Origin: a virus
Reading direction: 5' to 3' (one strand)
Virus record (IMG/VR): IMGVR_UViG_3300044825_001015
Span: 1-64,000 of that record
DNA length: 64,000 nt
Under the pieces are notes generated by a model that made no database searches, was not told the origin of the DNA, and saw only the letters and a program-made list of their open reading frames with translations. A program made the translations under genes and the position numbers. Shown piece after piece: positions 24,393 through 34,596 of this stretch (its first letter is position 1; each line of letters starts with the position of its first letter).

Positions 24393-26828
24393 ATGTCATA
24401 TTCCCAGTTAGTTTTATCAGAAAAGCCCTATGGATATTGGGACTGCTCTAGCATAGTCTCTGGAGCGCTTGATGATCTAACTACATTTAGCAATAATGCT
24501 ACTTTAACTAATGCATATCCTAATAAAAAGCCGATAATTTATGGCCCAGAATCTTCAGTAATGCTTTTAGAAAATTCTTTAATTTCTATAGATAATATCT
24601 ATAAGGTCTTTTTTAAAGGATCAGAGGATAAACCATTTAGCATAGAATTATTCTTTTCTATTATAAATTCATCAACTACTCCACATCAAATTCTAAAAAT
24701 AGGAAGTTTTATTGAATGCTATGTCATTTCAGATCGAATTTATATTAAAAGCAATAATCAGGTGTCTAGCATTAAAGTAAAAAACTGGGAAACATCCAAC
24801 TACCTTTGTTTAAGATATGGTTCTGGGTCTGTTAGTATAACTTTAAATAATTTAAACACAGCGGCAATAAATCTAGGTACAGAATTTTCTTTCGTAGATG
24901 AAACACCACCAGATTTCATTTTTGGTCCATCTGCTGGATATGACAGTCCTCTATATATTAATTCAATAGCATTCTATAGTTTTTCTCTAATAGATTCTGA
25001 AATGCTGATTAGACAGTCATGGGCAATGTATGATTCAAAGTCTGAGAGAATAGCGATAGCAAATAATGCAGATATAATTAATCCTTCAGTAGACGAACTG
25101 ATTCCAAACTTTTCCTATTCTATAGATACAAAAGATAGATTTTTGCAGGGTTACTCTCAAAATATAATTTTTAAAGATAACTATATAACCCTACCATCAG
25201 AGCCTCCAGTACAAATTGTATCCTTAGATAATAATCCTCAGTTCAACATTGATTTAAATGGAATATCTCTGAGTGGAGATTCATATGTTGATCTTTCTAA
25301 TGCATATAAGTATTTTTCAGGCGACTATAATGTTATAAGACAACAGGTTACGTTTGATGGCCTATCTACCAAACAGTCTATCTTGCACATTGGCCCAATG
25401 CTAGATAGATCATCTATGCATTTATATAAGTCTACATCTAATACAATAGTTTTAGAATCCATAAGTAGTTCTGGGACTGCAACAACTATTTCTGAAAGTG
25501 GTTCATTGGGATCAGACTTCACCCAGCCGTTTGACATATCACTAGCCTTCCTTGATGGATTTGTAACCCTATCAGTAAATGATATTTCAGAAGATCCAGA
25601 ATCATCTGCCTACCCAGCACCAGGATTTGACTTCTATCTAGGAAATTCATTTTCTTTAAATACTCCTCTTACTAGTAAAATAAAGAATTTCTCCATAGAT
25701 TCCTATGAAGATGGGGATGAAATTATATTTACCAATACTGGAGACTATACACTAAAGTTTAATAATTCTCTTTCTGTTTCTCAAAGAGGTCTATGGAACT
25801 ATCAAATTGAAATACCAGAGAATTCTATAACAAGTTTAATAAATTATAACTATGCAAGTAAAAACTGCTACTTGTATGTGAATGATTCATTTATTGAAAA
25901 AACAACCCTGATTCCAAATATATCCTATGACTCTAAAAATATTTTAAACATTGAAGTAGAATTAAGAACAGATGATTCATTTAACTACCCATCAGTATTT
26001 TCTGGAGTTTCAATACTTACATATGACTCTGTAAACATTCCATCATCTAACGGAATATATAGAATAGAGCCAATAGAAAAAAGTCAATCAGAAAACTATG
26101 TATCTACAGATCCATTTTTAATTAGATATACTAGAGCAACCCCATTAGATAGACCACTAAGCCTAGGAATAACATTCAATTCAATTGTCCCAACGGCGGG
26201 GGACTACCTAGACGATCTTGAGGCAGAATCATGGACACCAACACAATCACAAGTAACATCTGGAGCGAACCTAGTTATAAATAACACATCAAGCAACCAA
26301 GATATAGCCATGCTTGAATTTTTAATAAAATTAAACAGAACTCCTTCTACTGGCGAGCAGTTTGTGATATTTGATGTTGACGGTTCTACCATAGATCTTA
26401 AGTACTCTGATACTGGAATTGTCTTGTCATCTGGATATACGCTATATATTGATGGTCAGGAAGCCTCCGCTGGACAAGATTTAGAGGAGTTTGAGTTTTA
26501 CCACTTCCTAGTTAGATTTACAACACCAGTATCATCAGTAATTAAACTTGGAGTAAATAGTGAAAGAACGGTTGGACTAGATGGATCTATGGGATTCTTT
26601 GCGGCACACAGTTCCGTTCCATCAAATTTTGAATCATACTTATCACTAAGATATAACTCAATTATAGGAAGGCCATCTATATCTAAAACAGATCCAGATT
26701 CAATACAAATTACTGATTTTTCAGGATCTCCTCAAGAATATGAATATAGTCAAGATGGCAAGTACTTTGCCATGAAACAACTTCCTAAGGTTAAAATAGT
26801 ACAAAACAAGTGGCAAACCATTAAATAA
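24393..26828 (+). CDS. Minor virion protein with LamG/concanavalin-like domains
   Basis: MSYSQLVLSEKPYGYW N-terminus; FSIELFF; INSIAFY. Confidence 0.65.
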   Translation: MSYSQLVLSEKPYGYWDCSSIVSGALDDLTTFSNNATLTNAYPNKKPIIYGPESSVMLLENSLISIDNIYKVFFKGSEDKPFSIELFFSIINSSTTPHQILKIGSFIECYVISDRIYIKSNNQVSSIKVKNWETSNYLCLRYGSGSVSITLNNLNTAAINLGTEFSFVDETPPDFIFGPSAGYDSPLYINSIAFYSFSLIDSEMLIRQSWAMYDSKSERIAIANNADIINPSVDELIPNFSYSIDTKDRFLQGYSQNIIFKDNYITLPSEPPVQIVSLDNNPQFNIDLNGISLSGDSYVDLSNAYKYFSGDYNVIRQQVTFDGLSTKQSILHIGPMLDRSSMHLYKSTSNTIVLESISSSGTATTISESGSLGSDFTQPFDISLAFLDGFVTLSVNDISEDPESSAYPAPGFDFYLGNSFSLNTPLTSKIKNFSIDSYEDGDEIIFTNTGDYTLKFNNSLSVSQRGLWNYQIEIPENSITSLINYNYASKNCYLYVNDSFIEKTTLIPNISYDSKNILNIEVELRTDDSFNYPSVFSGVSILTYDSVNIPSSNGIYRIEPIEKSQSENYVSTDPFLIRYTRATPLDRPLSLGITFNSIVPTAGDYLDDLEAESWTPTQSQVTSGANLVINNTSSNQDIAMLEFLIKLNRTPSTGEQFVIFDVDGSTIDLKYSDTGIVLSSGYTLYIDGQEASAGQDLEEFEFYHFLVRFTTPVSSVIKLGVNSERTVGLDGSMGFFAAHSSVPSNFESYLSLRYNSIIGRPSISKTDPDSIQITDFSGSPQEYEYSQDGKYFAMKQLPKVKIVQNKWQTIK

Positions 26829-26885
26829 TGGTGCATATATGTATCACTTTTTCCTATTAACAGAAAGAAATGGTAAGATATTCAT

Positions 26886-27233
26886 ATGAAAAAGAAAAAT
26901 AATCATAGAGTAACTATGGTCGATGAAAGCGACTATGGGTTATATTTATGGCAGACTATAGATGGTAAATTAGTCTGTGATGAAGATGCAAACTATCTAA
27001 ACATACCATCAAAAAAGGGCGACAAGGAAAAAATAAAACTTCTAGAATTAGCCGCAAAAGATTGCGGGATAATTGGAGGTCAGCCAGTATTTTTCTCTGG
27101 GAATAGAAGAGTTACTGATGAAGAATATGAATATCAAAAGCAGAGAATGGAATGGGGTCTGGTCCCAGACGAACTTGACTACGGAGCAGCACGCGAAGAA
27201 TTAATGAATTATAAAAAGGCTAAGGGTCTATAA
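26886..27233 (+). CDS. Hypothetical protein upstream of the portal
   Basis: ORF track; TAATG coupling to the portal. Confidence 0.7.
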   Translation: MKKKNNHRVTMVDESDYGLYLWQTIDGKLVCDEDANYLNIPSKKGDKEKIKLLELAAKDCGIIGGQPVFFSGNRRVTDEEYEYQKQRMEWGLVPDELDYGAAREELMNYKKAKGL

Positions 27234-28810
27234 TGTCATCTGAATATGTAGAAGATACTGTATCTGAAGAAATTTCTATAGTTTCATCTAACGACTTTTT
27301 CAAAAATTCATCATCAGACTACAGGGATGTTTTCTTAGAGCAGGGTGACATATTAAATAAATACAATGGGCTATCTTCAAATTTTAAAAGAAGAAATACT
27401 AGGCAACTACAAAAATATCATCAGGGCGTAGACGGAGTAAAGTCTAAGAAGATTGAAGATCCAGATGTAACTGGATACGTCATGTTTGAGGTAGTTGAAC
27501 CTCCATATAATATGGATTATCTTTCTAAGGTGTATGAAGTTTCTTCACCCCACCATGCCGCAGTAGACGCAAAAGTGTCTAATACAGTAGGACTAGGATA
27601 CGATTTTGTAGAAAGTTCTGCAACAAAAGAAAAAATAGAAGAAGTTGATGACTCAGACGTAGAAAGATTAAGTTTTCTACGCAGAAAGATAGCAAGATCT
27701 AAGGCAGCACTATTAGAAAAGATAGATTCTTTAAATGAAGATGAATCATTTACAGAAACTATGAAAAAGATTGATACCGACTATGAGGCTACTGGAAATG
27801 CTTATATGGAAATAGGCAGAAAAGTAGATGGAACAATAGGCTACCTAGGACACATACCTTCTGCAAATATGAGAGTAAGAAGAAATCGTGACGGTTTCGT
27901 TCAAATAGTTAACAATAAAATTGTTTACTTCAGAAACTTTGGGGATACTAATACAAAGAATCCAATTGGAGATGATCCAAGACCTAATGAAGTAATACAT
28001 TTTAAAAAGTATACTCCAACCAATAATTACTATGGAGTTCCAGACATTATTCCAGCCCTCCCAGCATTAGCAGGAGATGAGTTCGCATCTAAGTTCAATC
28101 TTGATTACTTTGAGAACAAGGCTGTTCCAAGATATATTATCGTGGTAAAAGGCGCTAAACTGTCTGATGATTCACAAAGAAAACTTTTAGAGTTTTTCCA
28201 AACTGGGCTTAAAGGAAAGAATCATAGGTCTTTATACATACCTATGCCAGCCGATGACGGACAAACAAAAGTGTCATTTGAGATGAATCCAGTAGAGGCT
28301 GGAATACAAGATTCTTCATTTAGAAATTATAGAGTGGAAAACCGTGATGAGATACTAATGGCTCATAGAGTTCCTGTAACTAAGGTAAGCATGGCTAACG
28401 GTGTATCTTTGGCGGCTGCTAGAGATGCTGATAAAAACTTTAGAGAACAGGTTACTAAGCCAACCCAAGACTACTTCCAAAAGAAGATAAATAAGATAAT
28501 TCGTGAATTTACAGATATGTTTTATCTAAAGTTCAATGAATTAACTCTTACAGATGAAGATACCCAGTCAAAGATCGATGAAAGATATCTTAGAATGCAA
28601 GTTCTGGTACCAAATGAAGTTAGGGCTAGAAATGGACTGCCAGCACTTGACGGAGGAGACTCCCCCATTGTTCTTAATGCACAGGCAAGAGCAGAGCAAA
28701 ATGCTCAGGCAACTAGAAATAGGCAAAGAGATCAAGAAAGACAAAACAACCAGCCTGATGTTAGTGGAGAAGCAAGAAATCCACAGGGCGAGGGAAGAAC
28801 TGTGCAATAA
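27233..28810 (+). CDS. Portal protein (PBSX-like)
   Basis: TGNAYMEI, NEVIHFK.Y.P...YYGVP, YFENKAVP, ILMAHRVP, PNEVR...GLP. Confidence 0.93.
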   Translation: MSSEYVEDTVSEEISIVSSNDFFKNSSSDYRDVFLEQGDILNKYNGLSSNFKRRNTRQLQKYHQGVDGVKSKKIEDPDVTGYVMFEVVEPPYNMDYLSKVYEVSSPHHAAVDAKVSNTVGLGYDFVESSATKEKIEEVDDSDVERLSFLRRKIARSKAALLEKIDSLNEDESFTETMKKIDTDYEATGNAYMEIGRKVDGTIGYLGHIPSANMRVRRNRDGFVQIVNNKIVYFRNFGDTNTKNPIGDDPRPNEVIHFKKYTPTNNYYGVPDIIPALPALAGDEFASKFNLDYFENKAVPRYIIVVKGAKLSDDSQRKLLEFFQTGLKGKNHRSLYIPMPADDGQTKVSFEMNPVEAGIQDSSFRNYRVENRDEILMAHRVPVTKVSMANGVSLAAARDADKNFREQVTKPTQDYFQKKINKIIREFTDMFYLKFNELTLTDEDTQSKIDERYLRMQVLVPNEVRARNGLPALDGGDSPIVLNAQARAEQNAQATRNRQRDQERQNNQPDVSGEARNPQGEGRTVQ

Positions 28811-28861
28811 CTGTGGAAAGAATTTTGTATTAACTTACTAACTTGATAGAATTTATTTGAC

Positions 28862-30406
28862 ATGGAAATAATTAAGTCTTATTGGCATAGTGATGGCGAC
28901 AGAATTAACTTGTCGGTTCCATTCTTTAAGGTGGATGAAGAGAGAAGAATTGTCTCTGGATTCGCCACTTTAGACAATGTAGATAGACATAGAGATATTG
29001 TAGATACTGACGCATCAATAAAAGCATTTGAGTCCTTTAGAGGCAATTTAAGGGAAATGCATCAGCCAATAGCAGTAGGAAAAGTTACGAATTTCCGCGA
29101 GGAACAGTTCTTTGACAAAGAAACTGGACAAACATATCGTGGAGTATTTGTAGATACTTATGTTTCTAAGGGTGCCCAAGATACCTGGGAAAAGGTTCTT
29201 GATGGTACCCTTTCTGGATTCTCCATAGGTGGAAATATTACTAAGGTAGATCAGGTTCAAAAGGGTGACGACATAGTTCGCGTCATTAAAGAATATGAAT
29301 TAGTAGAACTTTCACTAGTAGATAGTCCAGCAAACCAACTTGCTAATATCTTTGCCATACAGAAGTCAGATGGAGTTAATAGTATTACTGGAATTGCTGT
29401 AGATGTAACAATGGAGAATGTTTTCTGGTGCGAAACAGATCAAATTGCTATTTCTAAAGATAGTGACTCCTCACAATGTTTAGTATGTGAAAAAGAAATG
29501 CAAAACATTGGATGGGTAGAGTCTAATGACGTTTCAAAGAACGAAGAAATAGGCAAGGCAGTTGATCGTCATATTCTTAAGGCTGCGGCAGGCACGCTAA
29601 GAGTAGGAGACTTTGTTTCCTGGAATTCTAGTGGAGGCACAGCAAGAGGCAAAATAGAGCGAATCGTATCATCTGGATCTATAGACGTTCCTGGTTCTGA
29701 TTTCACTATTAATGCAGAAGAGGATAACCCAGCAGTTCTTATCAGAGTATACAGAGAAAGTGAGTCTGGGTGGGAGCCAACAGATACAAGAGTTGGTCAC
29801 AAGATGAGTACTCTGAGAAAGATAGATTCATTGCCTGAAGCCAACAAAGTAGCAAAACAGGCAGACAATGAAACCATTAATGAAGGAGGTGCAGTAGAAA
29901 TGGAAATTGAAAAGAGTGAAGAAATCGAAGTTACTGAAGAACTATCAGAAGAGGTAGAAAAGGCAGCAGTTGTTGCTGAAGAGGCCACAGAAGAAGTTGA
30001 GGCTGTAACAGAAGAGGTTTCTGAAGAAGAGGTAGAAGAAGTTGAAAAGGCTGCTGCCATCTCTGAGGTTGAGGTTGAAGAGCCAGATTTTGTTAAAATG
30101 TTGGACGACCTCAAGACATTCTTTGGCGATAATCTAACAAAGAGCGCTGAAGAGACAAAGACCACAGTAGATGAACTAAGCAAGAGCCTAGATGCTCGCA
30201 TTACAGAATTGGCTGAGAGACATGATGAACTCAGCAAGGCAGTTAAAGATATAAAAAGCGCCATTGACACAATCGAAAAAAGAGTCGATATGGTCGAAGG
30301 TGAAACTGCTGTTAAGAAGTCCGGCGATCTTGATGGGTCAAAGGAAGAAACAACAATAAGAAAAGGTATCTGGAGCGGATCATTCCTCGGTATCCGTGAT
30401 CTATGA
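28862..30406 (+). CDS. Prohead protease (HK97 family) fused to a Tudor-like insert and scaffold
   Basis: LREMHQPIAVGK, GFSIGG, LVELSLVDSPAN; acidic coiled-coil C-terminus. Confidence 0.9.
   Translation: MEIIKSYWHSDGDRINLSVPFFKVDEERRIVSGFATLDNVDRHRDIVDTDASIKAFESFRGNLREMHQPIAVGKVTNFREEQFFDKETGQTYRGVFVDTYVSKGAQDTWEKVLDGTLSGFSIGGNITKVDQVQKGDDIVRVIKEYELVELSLVDSPANQLANIFAIQKSDGVNSITGIAVDVTMENVFWCETDQIAISKDSDSSQCLVCEKEMQNIGWVESNDVSKNEEIGKAVDRHILKAAAGTLRVGDFVSWNSSGGTARGKIERIVSSGSIDVPGSDFTINAEEDNPAVLIRVYRESESGWEPTDTRVGHKMSTLRKIDSLPEANKVAKQADNETINEGGAVEMEIEKSEEIEVTEELSEEVEKAAVVAEEATEEVEAVTEEVSEEEVEEVEKAAAISEVEVEEPDFVKMLDDLKTFFGDNLTKSAEETKTTVDELSKSLDARITELAERHDELSKAVKDIKSAIDTIEKRVDMVEGETAVKKSGDLDGSKEETTIRKGIWSGSFLGIRDL
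29900..30406 (+). CDS. Probable nested in-frame scaffolding protein (168 aa)
   Basis: Internal SD AAGGAGGTG (29883-29891) before an in-frame ATG at the start of the acidic helical region. Confidence 0.6.
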   Translation: MEIEKSEEIEVTEELSEEVEKAAVVAEEATEEVEAVTEEVSEEEVEEVEKAAAISEVEVEEPDFVKMLDDLKTFFGDNLTKSAEETKTTVDELSKSLDARITELAERHDELSKAVKDIKSAIDTIEKRVDMVEGETAVKKSGDLDGSKEETTIRKGIWSGSFLGIRDL

Positions 30407-30414
30407 TATTTATA

Positions 30415-30430
30415 ATCCGAAAGGTAGGTG
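30415..30430 (+). promoter_or_regulatory. 16-bp leader motif ATCCGAAAGGTAGGTG (extended SD) before the capsid gene
   Basis: Exact copy at 34597-34612. Confidence 0.7.
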
Positions 30431-30439
30431 AAAAGCAAG

Positions 30440-31432
30440 ATGAGTAACGAACTTTTACAAAAAGTTATCGACACAACAACAGTCGGTGCAGACAATGGTG
30501 GTCTTTTGAAGCCAGAGCAATCTAACCGCTTCATTGACTACATGTTTGATGCAACTATTTTGACACGCGCTGCTCGCACAATTCGTATGCGTGCAGACAC
30601 AACTGAGATCGATAAGGTTGGTGTTGGCGAGCGTCTGATGGTCTTGGCTACAGAAGGTAGCGCAGCAGGACAAACAGACCGTGGAGCAACATTCACCAAG
30701 GTTTCACTCACAACAAAGAAGTTGCGTCTTGACTGGGAACTTTCAAGCGAGTCTCTTGAAGATAATATCGAAGGAGCCGACCTTGAAGACCATATTGCAC
30801 GCCTTATGGCAACACAGGCAGGCAATGACGTTGAAGATTTAGCAATCAATGGTGACACAGCACTTTCATCCAACAATCTCCTCAAGGCATTTAATGGATT
30901 CCGCAAGTTAGCCCTTAATGGAGGAAATGTAGTTGATGCTGGTGGTGCAACAATCACCAAGGCAGTCTTCAACAACGCACTAAAGAATATGCCAAGAAAA
31001 TACAAGCAACGTCGTAACCAGTTGCGCTTCTTCACCGGAAGCAACTTGGTTCAAGACTACTTGTACAACCTCACAACAGTTGGATCTACTCCAGAGGATA
31101 TCGCTTCAAGCATCCTCCGTGGTAACCCAGCCGCACCAGATGGTGCCCCAGGTGGCGTAATCCCATTTGCGTTTGGAATTCCAGTTGTCGAAGTTCCACT
31201 AATTGACGAGACTCGCGCAGGCGATTACTCAGGCGCTACAGGCCAACACGGTGAAGTTCATTTGACATTCCCAAATAACTTCATCATCGGCATCAAGCGT
31301 GACGTAACCGTTTACCGTGAGTTCAAGCCAAAGAAGGATACAATCGAATACACACTCTTCATTCGTGTTGGTGTTGCAGTCGAGAACCTTGATTCTTTCG
31401 TAGTCGTTAAGAATGTTAAGGTAGCATCCTGA
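30440..31432 (+). CDS. Major capsid protein (HK97 fold)
   Basis: GGLLKPEQSNRFID, LEDNIEG, DLAINGD; follows protease/scaffold; distinct high-expression-like codon usage. Confidence 0.92.
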   Translation: MSNELLQKVIDTTTVGADNGGLLKPEQSNRFIDYMFDATILTRAARTIRMRADTTEIDKVGVGERLMVLATEGSAAGQTDRGATFTKVSLTTKKLRLDWELSSESLEDNIEGADLEDHIARLMATQAGNDVEDLAINGDTALSSNNLLKAFNGFRKLALNGGNVVDAGGATITKAVFNNALKNMPRKYKQRRNQLRFFTGSNLVQDYLYNLTTVGSTPEDIASSILRGNPAAPDGAPGGVIPFAFGIPVVEVPLIDETRAGDYSGATGQHGEVHLTFPNNFIIGIKRDVTVYREFKPKKDTIEYTLFIRVGVAVENLDSFVVVKNVKVAS

Positions 31433-31454
31433 AGTTAAAACTTCATAGCGCGTC

Positions 31455-31480
31455 AGGGGAGGATAAAATCCTCCCCTTTC
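31455..31480 (+). terminator. Intrinsic terminator after the capsid gene
   Basis: AGGGGAGGAT-AAA-ATCCTCCCCT-TTC. Confidence 0.8.
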
Positions 31481-31519
31481 GCCATTTCTGATATAATTAT
31501 TGTGAGGATAGGAGATTTT

Positions 31520-31915
31520 ATGTCTTTTAGCAATATGAAAGTTTCAGAATTAAGAGATATTGCAGAGTATTTTGCAGTAGATCTAGATGGCAATACAAAG
31601 GCTTCAAAGCCAGTAATTTTGGCTGCCTTAGAAGAAGATGGAGTATCATACGAAATGTATGAAAAGTTCCTCAATTCAGAAAAGGCTGAAGCAGAAGTAG
31701 AACTTCCAAAGCCTAAGAAGAAGCCATCTGCAGATGCAACACTAGTTCTTGTAAGAATGGATAGAGAGAATCCAAGGTACGAAGTAAATGGATATGTATT
31801 TACAAAAGATCACCCGTTTGTCGCAATGACAGAAGATGATGCTGAATTTATATTTACTACGCAACAGGGATTCAGAATGGCTACTCCAAGGGAAATACAA
31901 GAATATTATAATTAA
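31520..31915 (+). CDS. Head-associated hypothetical protein (N-terminal Rho-N/HeH-like)
   Basis: MKVSELRDIAEYFAVD; position after the capsid gene. Confidence 0.6.
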   Translation: MSFSNMKVSELRDIAEYFAVDLDGNTKASKPVILAALEEDGVSYEMYEKFLNSEKAEAEVELPKPKKKPSADATLVLVRMDRENPRYEVNGYVFTKDHPFVAMTEDDAEFIFTTQQGFRMATPREIQEYYN

Positions 31916-31928
31916 TGGAGTGATTTAA

Positions 31929-32876
31929 TTGATAGAAGTTTATACTGGTGCTGTTGGAAAAATATATTTAACTACATATTCTTCAGATGGATTCCCATCT
32001 GCACCAAGTTCAACTCCAACAGTAGTAATTACAGATGCACAAACTGGAGCATCTGTAGTAACTGGTACTGCAACTTTAATAGACTCTGACTATGAGGGGG
32101 ACTATGAGTATGAACTTCCATCAACAGCAACTAACTTTGATAGAGTCCTAAAGGCAGTATGGTCTTATTCAAAAAATGGCAAGAACATAACCGAAACAGA
32201 GTATATTTATGTTGTTACTCCTTATGCAACAATAGACGAAATAGTTGCTGAATTAGGATACTCTTCAAGGCCAGAGGATAGTAATTACTTCCCATTTGAG
32301 AAAGTAACATCTGCCGAAAGAGCAGCGAGAATGATCATAAATAATGAACTAGGCTTTGAAATGACTAGATCATTAAAGACCGTTTCTGCATACGGCTCTG
32401 GCGCAGATACACTAGTACTTCCAGAAAGAATAATTTCTATTAATACATTAACTCAAAATGATGAGTTGATGATAGACATACCAAATAATTACAATAACTT
32501 TGGTTACGAGGTAGAAATTACAGAGACTAGTTATGGAATTAGAATTATTCCAACAACTATCGGTGACGATGTTTCAGAGAGCGAGCAACTTGAAGCCTTA
32601 GGAATTGATACTGGAAGATTTAAAAATGGATATAGATACGACGTTACTGGTATATTTGGATGGAGTTACATTCCAGCAGAAATAAAACAATGTGTGTTCC
32701 TTTTAGTTAATGATTTGCTGTGTAATGAATCAATGTGGCGATCAAAATATATCAATAAGATAAATAGTGGCTCAATGTCAGTAGAGTTTTCTAATTTATC
32801 ATTTACTGGTACTGGAAACGCTTTAGTTGATGCTATTCTACAAAAATTTAAAATGATACAGGCCGTGATTATTTAA
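31929..32876 (+). CDS. Head-to-tail adaptor
   Basis: TPYATIDEI...ARMIIN...GWSYIPAEIKQ; synteny. Confidence 0.7.
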   Translation: MIEVYTGAVGKIYLTTYSSDGFPSAPSSTPTVVITDAQTGASVVTGTATLIDSDYEGDYEYELPSTATNFDRVLKAVWSYSKNGKNITETEYIYVVTPYATIDEIVAELGYSSRPEDSNYFPFEKVTSAERAARMIINNELGFEMTRSLKTVSAYGSGADTLVLPERIISINTLTQNDELMIDIPNNYNNFGYEVEITETSYGIRIIPTTIGDDVSESEQLEALGIDTGRFKNGYRYDVTGIFGWSYIPAEIKQCVFLLVNDLLCNESMWRSKYINKINSGSMSVEFSNLSFTGTGNALVDAILQKFKMIQAVII

Positions 32877-33301
32877 TGTATGGATGCCTTCAGAGTTCTT
32901 TATTTTCTATGACGGCAGAAATTCTACAACAAACTAGCCATCAGAATGAAAAAACAAATTCGGTAACTAGAAAATGGCAATTGTTAAAAAACATTAATTG
33001 CTTAGTTGTTCCTATTAGAGAGAGTGGTGGATCTGCCACTTCAGACAACAAAACATTTTCTAAAGAATATATGGAGGATTTGGAAATAAAACTTCATACT
33101 TCTGAAAGATTAAGTAAAAGATGGCGAGTAACAAAGATTTTAAACAGAAAAAATGAAGAACTTTATGTTGAGATAGATAGAATATCCAACCCAAGCACGA
33201 TATTTGAAGTGTATGCATCCCACCCGATATTTGATGTATTTGGAAACATACAGTACTTTGAAAATCATTTAAAGAGGGTAACTGTACAAAATAATGATTA
33301 A
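32876..33301 (+). CDS. Head-to-tail stopper
   Basis: Size, beta-rich sequence, synteny. Confidence 0.6.
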   Translation: MYGCLQSSLFSMTAEILQQTSHQNEKTNSVTRKWQLLKNINCLVVPIRESGGSATSDNKTFSKEYMEDLEIKLHTSERLSKRWRVTKILNRKNEELYVEIDRISNPSTIFEVYASHPIFDVFGNIQYFENHLKRVTVQNND

Positions 33302-34019
33302 GATGAGAGTAGATCAAATATCTGCAAATAAAATGTATCTAGAAATACAGAATAAAATAGATGGCATTAAAGAACTTGATTCTTCTTTAACAAAAAGACA
33401 ACTAATGGATGTTGCATTTTCTGCAGCAGCAATAAAATTTGTTAAAAGAACAAATATGACTGCTAGGTCTAATAAAGCAGCATTTCACCACGTTTATGAA
33501 TGGGGTGGAGTAGGTGCTGAAACATCTAGATTGTTTAGAATTCTAAAAAGAAATGCATCTCCTGGATCTGCAGAAGTTTACTACAAATTTCTTAACTCAA
33601 GAAAAAATGCTCCAATTGCTCCAGCGCTAAAAAGCCCAGGTAGAACTGGCAGAGTAGTAAGTAAAAGTGGTGTTTTTAAAAGAAAAGCAGAAGTCATGGA
33701 AAGTGGCTCAGGAGTTTCATTTGTCACTTCAAGAACCATTGCTATGGCACCAGGAGGCTCAATTGTATTCGTACCCCCAGGTAAGACTATAAATATTAAA
33801 AATCCTGGAGGCCCAGCAACAGCAGGATCATTTGGCAGACACTTTAGACAATGGTGGGAAGTAAACTTTCCTCATATACTTGATGAAAAAGGAATAACGA
33901 CAAAATTAGAGAAGAGTGTTGCTGCTGCACTTCAAAGAAAAGGCGCGGGTAAAGATGCTGCTAGGAGAGCAATATCCAGTACTCTAAATAGATACAAAGT
34001 TATAGGAAGTGTATTATAA
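33294..34019 (+). CDS. Neck/tail completion protein (basic)
   Basis: HHVYEW motif; synteny. Confidence 0.55.
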   Translation: MIKMRVDQISANKMYLEIQNKIDGIKELDSSLTKRQLMDVAFSAAAIKFVKRTNMTARSNKAAFHHVYEWGGVGAETSRLFRILKRNASPGSAEVYYKFLNSRKNAPIAPALKSPGRTGRVVSKSGVFKRKAEVMESGSGVSFVTSRTIAMAPGGSIVFVPPGKTINIKNPGGPATAGSFGRHFRQWWEVNFPHILDEKGITTKLEKSVAAALQRKGAGKDAARRAISSTLNRYKVIGSVL

Positions 34020-34528
34020 TGGCAGACTACAATGAAAATGCAAGATATGTAATTAATGCTTTCTTATGGGATGAACTAAAGTCATCTGGAATTTTAAATG
34101 AAAGTGATTACAGACCAGACGGGTTTTTACAAACAATTATTCCAATAGTGCCATCACAAGAAATACCAGAGTTTAATAACTTACTACCTAATGCTACATA
34201 TATTATTTATGACTATGAAGTAGAGGGATATTCAGATGACTGGTTTATATGTGAAGAAATAATGTCTTATACGATAGTATCCTCAGAATATGAGAAAATA
34301 TCACAAATATCAGAATTTATGATTGATTTATTTAGAAGAGTAGATGCATCTGGTAAAGATGTTCAAAGATTTAATCCAGAAAGTTCTATCCTTAAGTTTT
34401 ATACAGTTTCATTGAATAGCGTATCTTCTCCGACTCCATACGAGTCTGAAAATGGAAGAATGGCAGGGGCAGTAGAAATAGCATATAAATACTCCAGAAT
34501 ACTAAATTCTTCTGGTAGGTTCGCTTAA
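34019..34528 (+). CDS. Tail terminator protein
   Basis: Acidic, ~170 aa, immediately before the tail tube gene. Confidence 0.6.
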   Translation: MADYNENARYVINAFLWDELKSSGILNESDYRPDGFLQTIIPIVPSQEIPEFNNLLPNATYIIYDYEVEGYSDDWFICEEIMSYTIVSSEYEKISQISEFMIDLFRRVDASGKDVQRFNPESSILKFYTVSLNSVSSPTPYESENGRMAGAVEIAYKYSRILNSSGRFA

Positions 34529-34596
34529 TCTTTGTCCCATCTATGTATCATGTTATTATATAGATGAGGAATGATCCAACTGGATATTAAATTAAT

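Noticed and set aside
29797-31044. Long minus-strand ORFs (245 aa and 168 aa)
   Set aside because: Antisense shadows of the scaffold and capsid genes
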